Position numbers and translations under genes: made by a program. 46,077 nucleotides of DNA from Patescibacteria group bacterium (GTDB lineage: Bacteria > Patescibacteriota > Patescibacteriia > JAHIZJ01), in contig JAHIZJ010000099.1 of assembly GCA_018814765.1 (NCBI GenBank), forward strand, positions 1 to 46,077. The letters run 5' to 3'. Shown here piece after piece: positions 39,667 through 43,585 of the stretch (the stretch's first letter is position 1; the number at the start of each line of letters is the position of its first letter). The notes under the pieces were generated by a model. It saw nothing but the letters and a program-made list of their open reading frames with translations. It was not told the DNA's origin and did no database searches.

Positions 39667-39766
39667 CTGTCATGCCGTCCCCCACCCTTTAACAAAAGGG
39701 TGGGTGGATCGGCATCTCAAAAACCACGGTCTCTCTGGAGACCCTGAAACAAGTTCAGGGTGACAG
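39667..39766 (+). repeat. 100-nt structured repeat element, copy B
   Basis: The first 56 nt are identical to copy A. The distal hairpin differs by paired changes (CCCTGAA...TTCAGGG here, CCCCGGA...TTCGGGG in copy A). Confidence 0.7.
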
Positions 39767-39848
39767 TTCGGGTGGCGGCGCATTTGGTTGATGCTTGATA
39801 ACTGTCTGGTACTAGGTTTTTTATGCCAAGTATAAATAATGTAAAAAA

Positions 39849-39875
39849 CCAGCAGTTCACTTTGCTGGCGTTTTT
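39849..39875. terminator. Bidirectional intrinsic terminator
   Basis: CCAGCA (39849-39854) pairs with TGCTGG (39863-39868), flanked by A6 upstream and T5 downstream, at the 3' end of the minus-strand gene 39902-40399. Confidence 0.55.
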
Positions 39876-39901
39876 ATAATTTGAATTGTATTTCAATGAT
39901 T

Positions 39902-40399
39902 TTACTCCTTTTGTTCGTAATAGAGTCTTTCAATTTCTTTCAGGTCTTCAACAGGTTCAGTATCGTAGGTGGCTTCCAGCAGCTCACCCTTATCCTTATC
40001 TTCCATAACAATATTCCATCTGCCTACCTGATCATTATAGCGACACTCGGGAAAGAAGACATGATGATGCCAGGAAATTTTTTTGGAGTTCATGTCTTCA
40101 GCTCGAGCGACCATCTTCTTAATATTGGGATGCTGGGGAGGACCCGCTTTGTCGGATTGTTTTAATATCTTTTCACCGTGTAGGAGCTGAACAAGCTTTT
40201 TTCCAATGGCAAGTTGACGTTTGTCAGTATAGACAAAAAAACTCTCATCATCTGAAGTATTTTCCAGAACCAGCGAGTGCTTATCATTACTATCATTAAA
40301 CAAACAGTCCGGAGTGAGCATATGAAAATGCCACCTTTTTTCGGCTGTTTGCCACTCTTTGGCTTTAGTTAGTACTTCTTTTAAATCGATTTCTTCCAT
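39902..40399 (-). CDS. Hypothetical protein with a tandem W-H-x-H...P-[DE]-C-x-x-N repeat
   Basis: RWHFHMLTPDCLFNDSNDKHSLVLEN and SWHHHVFFPECRYNDQVGRWNIVMED are two copies of one module. No family was recognised. Confidence 0.6.
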   Translation of the reverse strand: MEEIDLKEVLTKAKEWQTAEKRWHFHMLTPDCLFNDSNDKHSLVLENTSDDESFFVYTDKRQLAIGKKLVQLLHGEKILKQSDKAGPPQHPNIKKMVARAEDMNSKKISWHHHVFFPECRYNDQVGRWNIVMEDKDKGELLEATYDTEPVEDLKEIERLYYEQKE

Positions 40400-40439
40400 A
40401 CATTTATGATGACGCAGATTAATAAGTTAGTCAAATAAA
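40366..40439 (-). repeat. Direct repeat copy 1 (start codon, first codons and upstream region of gene 39902-40399)
   Basis: 40385-40439 is identical over 55 nt to 41087-41141. Weaker similarity extends to 40366. Confidence 0.8.
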
Positions 40440-40483
40440 AAACACCCCTTTAGCAGGGATGCTTTTTTAGTAAATAATTACAA

Positions 40484-40975
40484 CTAATTAGGCACTGTTA
40501 AAACAGTCTTGTCGGCACCATTAATGTCCAATGCTTTTATAACTTCAACAGCCCAGCCAATATCACAAGGCCCTACAGTTAGATCCTGGGTATTGATAGG
40601 TTCTTTTGATGTTGCTGCATACTCTTTGTAAATAACATGAGATTTGAAAGTATGGGCTTGGAGGCAAACAAAACTGCCCGGTTTGATTACAACATTTTCG
40701 ATAAATTCTACTGTATATATACCTCCGTCTTCACGGTTGAAGGTTGCGGTTTCGCCAGGTTGCAAGGTTGCTAACGACCCTTGATTAAAGTAGTTGTCTG
40801 TTTCAATTGCGTTAACAATTTTTGTAGTCAAGAGCGAAAAACTTGACACATTGTCTTTTCCGGATACGATTGATAGAGCAAAAAAACCTGCAGCTGAAAC
40901 TGCAAATACTCCAAGAATCACCGTTAAAGTAGTGATTGTTTTTGTTTTTTGTTTCGTAGAAATTTTCTGTTCCAT
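40484..40975 (-). CDS. Hypothetical membrane-anchored / secreted protein
   Basis: N-terminal TM segment TLTVILGVFAVSAAGFFALSIV. The gene is bracketed by the 55-nt direct repeats. Confidence 0.5.
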   Translation of the reverse strand: MEQKISTKQKTKTITTLTVILGVFAVSAAGFFALSIVSGKDNVSSFSLLTTKIVNAIETDNYFNQGSLATLQPGETATFNREDGGIYTVEFIENVVIKPGSFVCLQAHTFKSHVIYKEYAATSKEPINTQDLTVGPCDIGWAVEVIKALDINGADKTVLTVPN

Positions 40976-41059
40976 AGATGTTTCATTAATTATTTATCAT
41001 GATGTGCTGTCTTGTCTTATATTTGAGCTCCGACCGCATTGTGAATAAAGGTCTAAAAT

Positions 41060-41141
41060 TCTTTGGCTTTGTTTAGCACTTTTTAGATCGATTTCTTCCA
41101 TACATTTATGATGACGCAGATTAATAAGTTAGTCAAATAAA
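41060..41141 (-). repeat. Direct repeat copy 2, carrying a truncated 5' gene fragment (MEEIDLK...)
   Basis: 41087-41141 is identical to 40385-40439. The minus strand reads ATGGAAGAAATCGATCTAAAA... and then diverges and decays. Confidence 0.75.
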
Positions 41142-41146
41142 TCAAT

Positions 41147-41413
41147 TTATTTTGCAATCGATAAATCCTCTCTAAGGATATATTTCAAAGTTGTTTTACC
41201 TTTATTAGTTTTAAAATATCGCTCACGACGAAGTGTATCAAACTTTGATCGATGGGCTTCAAAATAAATTAATTCAAATGGACGCCTTTTGGATGTCGAG
41301 ATGTTTTCACCACGATTATGTTGAGAAACGCGTCTTTCTATGTTTCTCGTATAACCAATGTAAAATTTGCCATCTTTTATACTTCTTAGAATATAAACAA
41401 AATGCCAGGTCAT
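41147..41413 (-). CDS. GIY-YIG nuclease-domain protein (small, stand-alone)
   Basis: WHFVYILRSIKDGKFYIGYTRNIERRVSQHN...YFE...REKYF-like RERYFK. Confidence 0.85.
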   Translation of the reverse strand: MTWHFVYILRSIKDGKFYIGYTRNIERRVSQHNRGENISTSKRRPFELIYFEAHRSKFDTLRRERYFKTNKGKTTLKYILREDLSIAK

Positions 41414-41447
41414 AATTTTCTGTACTCCCTGCCACTTTGATTACTTA

Positions 41448-41545
41448 GTAGTGAACCACTCGCTTTGCTTGGGTTCACTACATGAACCACTCACTTTATT
41501 TGATATGGCTGCACCATGAACTCGAACGAAGTGAGTAGTTCATGG
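41448..41545. repeat. Cluster of long palindromic hairpins sharing a TGAACCACTC core
   Basis: GTAGTGAACC (41448-41457) pairs with GGTTCACTAC (41472-41481). CATGAACCACTCACTT (41481-41496) pairs with AAGTGAGTAGTTCATG (41529-41544). CCATGAACT (41514-41522) pairs with AGTTCATGG (41537-41545). Confidence 0.6.
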
Positions 41546-41619
41546 TGGGAGCAGGAGGATTCGAACCTCCGACCGTCTGCTTAAAAGGCAGCTGCTCTAC
41601 CTAACTGAGCTATACTCCC
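41543..41619 (-). tRNA. tRNA-Lys (anticodon UUU), CCA encoded
   Basis: Hand-folded on the minus strand: GGGAGTA|TA|GCTC-AGTTAGGTA-GAGC|A|GCTGC-CTTTTAA-GCAGA|CGGTC|GGAGG-TTCGAAT-CCTCC|TGCTCCC|A|CCA. Confidence 0.9.
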
Positions 41620-41679
41620 ATGTTGTTACGTTGTGTACTTATTTAGTAAAGAGGGTTAAGTAAACCTTTTTAACTGAGC

Positions 41680-41759
41680 CCCGACGAGATCGCTCCGCGA
41701 TCTGTCGGGATCCCGATTGGTCTCGAGCGAAGTCGAGAGGCCACTTCGGGGCATCGGGA
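41680..41759. repeat. GC-rich double hairpin (REP-like)
   Basis: Hairpin 1: 41680-41692 pairs with 41698-41709 (12 bp, one bulge). Hairpin 2: TCCCGAT (41711-41717) pairs with ATCGGGA (41753-41759) and encloses CTCGA-GCGAAG-TCGAG. It shares the 12-mer GAGCGAAGTCGA with 42834-42845. Confidence 0.5.
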
Positions 41760-41816
41760 CTATACTCCTGACATAACTTTAACAATATTAACAGGCTTTT
41801 ATGGTTTTAGCAAGGC

Positions 41817-41845
41817 TTGACATATTTCAATAAACATGATATTCT
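41817..41845 (+). promoter_or_regulatory. Sigma70-like promoter upstream of the DGR target gene
   Basis: TTGACA (41817-41822), 17-nt spacer ending in TGA (extended -10-like), TATTCT (41840-41845). Confidence 0.4.
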
Positions 41846-41883
41846 ACCATGTCTGTACTTTACATGGATATATTTACTTGCAT

Positions 41884-41966
41884 TGTGGCCATAGCTAAAA
41901 GTAACTGGAAACCACCCTGAGCATTAGCGAAGGGCCTTTCGGTAATTTCTAGCTATGGCTACCACA
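41884..41966 (+). promoter_or_regulatory. Long stem-loop in the 5' leader of the DGR target gene
   Basis: TGTGGCCATAGCT (41884-41896) pairs with AGCTATGGCTACCACA (41951-41966): 13 bp with a 3-nt bulge. The 54-nt interior contains a CGAAG-GGCC-TTTCG hairpin. It ends 50 nt before the ATG. Confidence 0.45.
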
Positions 41967-42015
41967 GACGGTGATAGCCCGATAGCGATACTCCAAACTA
42001 GAGGAGGATGACGCC

Positions 42016-42678
42016 ATGTCGAAAGATGTGTCCCCATCCGAAGTAACCATCACGAAAGGCCAGTGTTGCAAGCTCATGGATGTGGGCGCGGACGCGCTGG
42101 TCAAGAGCGGCCTGCCCAGCAAGGAGACCCAGGACGTGATCGAAGAGGAGGGCGCGGAAATTGCCAAAGTCCTGGTCGCGGATGTCCGCCGCAGAGTTGA
42201 GGCACGCCTGCGTGCCATCGAACCCCACGTTCTGGAACGTCTGCCTTTCGACCCCGAATCCTTCTCGGGCAAGGGGTGGGAGGTTGACGAGCGTGTCGGC
42301 AACCGCACCGGAGGAAACCTCGACGCGGGACAGATTGTCCGCATGGACTACCTGCGTGAGGGCGAGACCTACATCACCGGAGATGAACGTCTCCATCGTA
42401 TCAAGGAAGCACCCGGAGACATCCAGCTCGACGCCGAGGACTTCCTTGCCTTGTGGCAGGAGCAGGGCCACGCCACCCTCCGGTGGCTGTACGACACTAA
42501 GGGTATCACCTGGCTGTCGTTTTGGGGTACGGTTCTCCGCGACTCAGGCAGCCGCGGCGTCCTCTGCCTCTCTCGCGATGACGGCGGTTCCTGGGACTGG
42601 GACTACCGCTGGCTCGGCAATGACTGGGTCTACTACTACCCGGCGGGTGTCCTCGCAAGTAACCCCCGCACCGAATAG
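42016..42678 (+). CDS. DGR target (variable) protein, 220 aa, no signal peptide, GC-rich
   Basis: GAGGAGGA RBS 7 nt upstream of the ATG. The C-terminus GVLCLSRDDGGSWDWDYRWLGNDWVYYYPAGVLASNPRTE carries the variable repeat. Chosen over the overlapping GC-artefact ORFs. Confidence 0.75.
   Translation: MSKDVSPSEVTITKGQCCKLMDVGADALVKSGLPSKETQDVIEEEGAEIAKVLVADVRRRVEARLRAIEPHVLERLPFDPESFSGKGWEVDERVGNRTGGNLDAGQIVRMDYLREGETYITGDERLHRIKEAPGDIQLDAEDFLALWQEQGHATLRWLYDTKGITWLSFWGTVLRDSGSRGVLCLSRDDGGSWDWDYRWLGNDWVYYYPAGVLASNPRTE
42592..42658 (+). repeat. DGR variable repeat (VR)
   Basis: 67 nt, in frame (codons 193-215). 58 of 67 positions are identical to 43176-43242, and all 9 differences lie opposite adenines of the other copy. 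Confidence 0.8.
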
Positions 42679-42686
42679 GTGCGGGG
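42664..42686 (+). promoter_or_regulatory. GC-rich hairpin immediately 3' of the VR (candidate DGR target-recognition hairpin)
   Basis: CCCCGCACC (42664-42672) pairs with GGTGCGGGG (42678-42686), loop GAATA. It spans the TAG stop codon. No T-run follows. It is absent next to the TR. Confidence 0.5.
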
Positions 42687-42866
42687 CAGGTAGTTCTTGG
42701 AACTTGACCTCCTAGACCTCTTTGGTCTTTGGATTCAGTTCTTAGAGCTTTGTCCGCTCGGCCCGCGCTGGTTTCTACACTGGCGCGGGTCATTTCTTTT
42801 TGACGCGAAGCGTCATGTCGAGCGACCTGTGGTGAGCGAAGTCGAACCAAGTCGAGACATCTCATT

Positions 42867-42895
42867 TTGCTTTTGGTGTTTGTTTTGGATATACT
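42867..42895 (+). promoter_or_regulatory. Sigma70-like promoter upstream of the template repeat
   Basis: TTGCTT (42867-42872), 17-nt spacer, TATACT (42890-42895). Confidence 0.4.
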
Positions 42896-43175
42896 AACTT
42901 TGGTACTAGGTTAATCAGTCAGCGACTATTGTTGCTGACGACCGAATCCAGTGACCATATTACTCAGAGTACCGCAGGCCACGGTTTGCGGCAGCGTGGA
43001 ATACGGCGCTCAAAAAACGATGTTACTTGGTATAGCGCGTTAAGGCATTTAATATGCCGGATACGATACAGCCCCAAGAGTACTCAAAGGGCAGTGGCAT
43101 GGACGGCACGCTGTACAGAACCGCAACGCTGATGGCAATATCAACGTCCGTTACCTCAACTGGGATGATGACAGG

Positions 43176-43242
43176 TGGAACTGGAACTACAACTGGCTCG
43201 ACAATGACTGGAACTACAACAACCCGGCGGGTGTCCTCGCAA
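43176..43242 (+). repeat. DGR template repeat (TR) core; the TR-like Asn-codon-rich stretch may extend 5' to about 43074
   Basis: Noncoding: in-frame stops at 43041 and 43050, and no ATG in that frame. It is AAC/AAT-rich (reads WNWNYNWLDNDWNYNNPAGVLA). All 47 non-A positions are identical to the VR. Confidence 0.8.
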
Positions 43243-43254
43243 ATTACCTCGTTT

Positions 43255-43283
43255 CTCTCCCTTGTTTGGGAGAGTTTTGTTTT
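43255..43283 (+). terminator. Terminator-like hairpin directly after the TR
   Basis: CTCTCCC (43255-43261) pairs with GGGAGAG (43268-43274), followed by TTTTGTTTT. Confidence 0.45.
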
Positions 43284-43301
43284 GTAAGTTGGCCGTTCTA
43301 G

Positions 43302-43550
43302 CCTCCTACTAATAAGGTATCTATTAAAACCGTGGCTTCGGGAGTGGATTTTCTGGGCTGGGTGCATTTTCCTAACCATCGGGTATTGAGGACTGTTGCA
43401 AAACGTAGGATGTTAAAGAATCTTGATATCAAACAAGGTGAGAACGCAACAGCACAGTCGTATATTGGTCTGTTACAGCACGGGAATACTAAGAAGCTAT
43501 CCCAACGAGTATCTGATGTGTCAGGAAATAGCGAGCAGTACAAAAATTGA
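43302..43550 (+). pseudogene. DGR-type reverse transcriptase, C-terminal fragment only (about 82 codons)
   Basis: PPTNKVSIKTVASGVDFLGWVHFPNHRVLRTVAKRRMLKNL...SYIGLLQHGNTKKL parallels the end of the Bordetella phage Brt (..SRGINFLGYRIWPTHKLLRKSSVKRAKRKV...SWSGHAQWADTHNL, recalled from memory). There is an in-frame TAG at 43299, no ATG, and no palm domain or YxDD motif anywhere upstream. Confidence 0.6.
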
Positions 43551-43585
43551 AAAAAAACTCATATATTGGTATAGTAATAAACAGT

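Noticed and set aside
35492-39766. CRISPR array
   Set aside because: There are only two copies of the 100-nt element, 4 kb apart and separated by genes. No regular repeat-spacer array exists anywhere in the window.
41949-42865. Overlapping ORFs in the GC island (41949-42344 minus, 41998-42471 minus, 42161-42715 plus, 42506-42865 minus)
   Set aside because: Long stop-free frames are expected by chance in DNA of about 65% GC. These products are Arg/Ser/Pro/Ala-rich. Only 42016-42678 has a strong RBS, an ATG and the in-frame VR.
42679-43073. Possible Avd accessory gene between the VR and the TR
   Set aside because: Only two ORFs of about 66 aa are present, both starting with TTG (42697 and 42929). 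Neither shows a basic four-helix-bundle-like pattern, so nothing supportable was found.
43054-43287. 77-aa ATG ORF overlapping the TR (Thr/Gly-rich)
   Set aside because: It is an off-frame reading of the AAC-rich template repeat. TRs are normally noncoding, and the product is low complexity.
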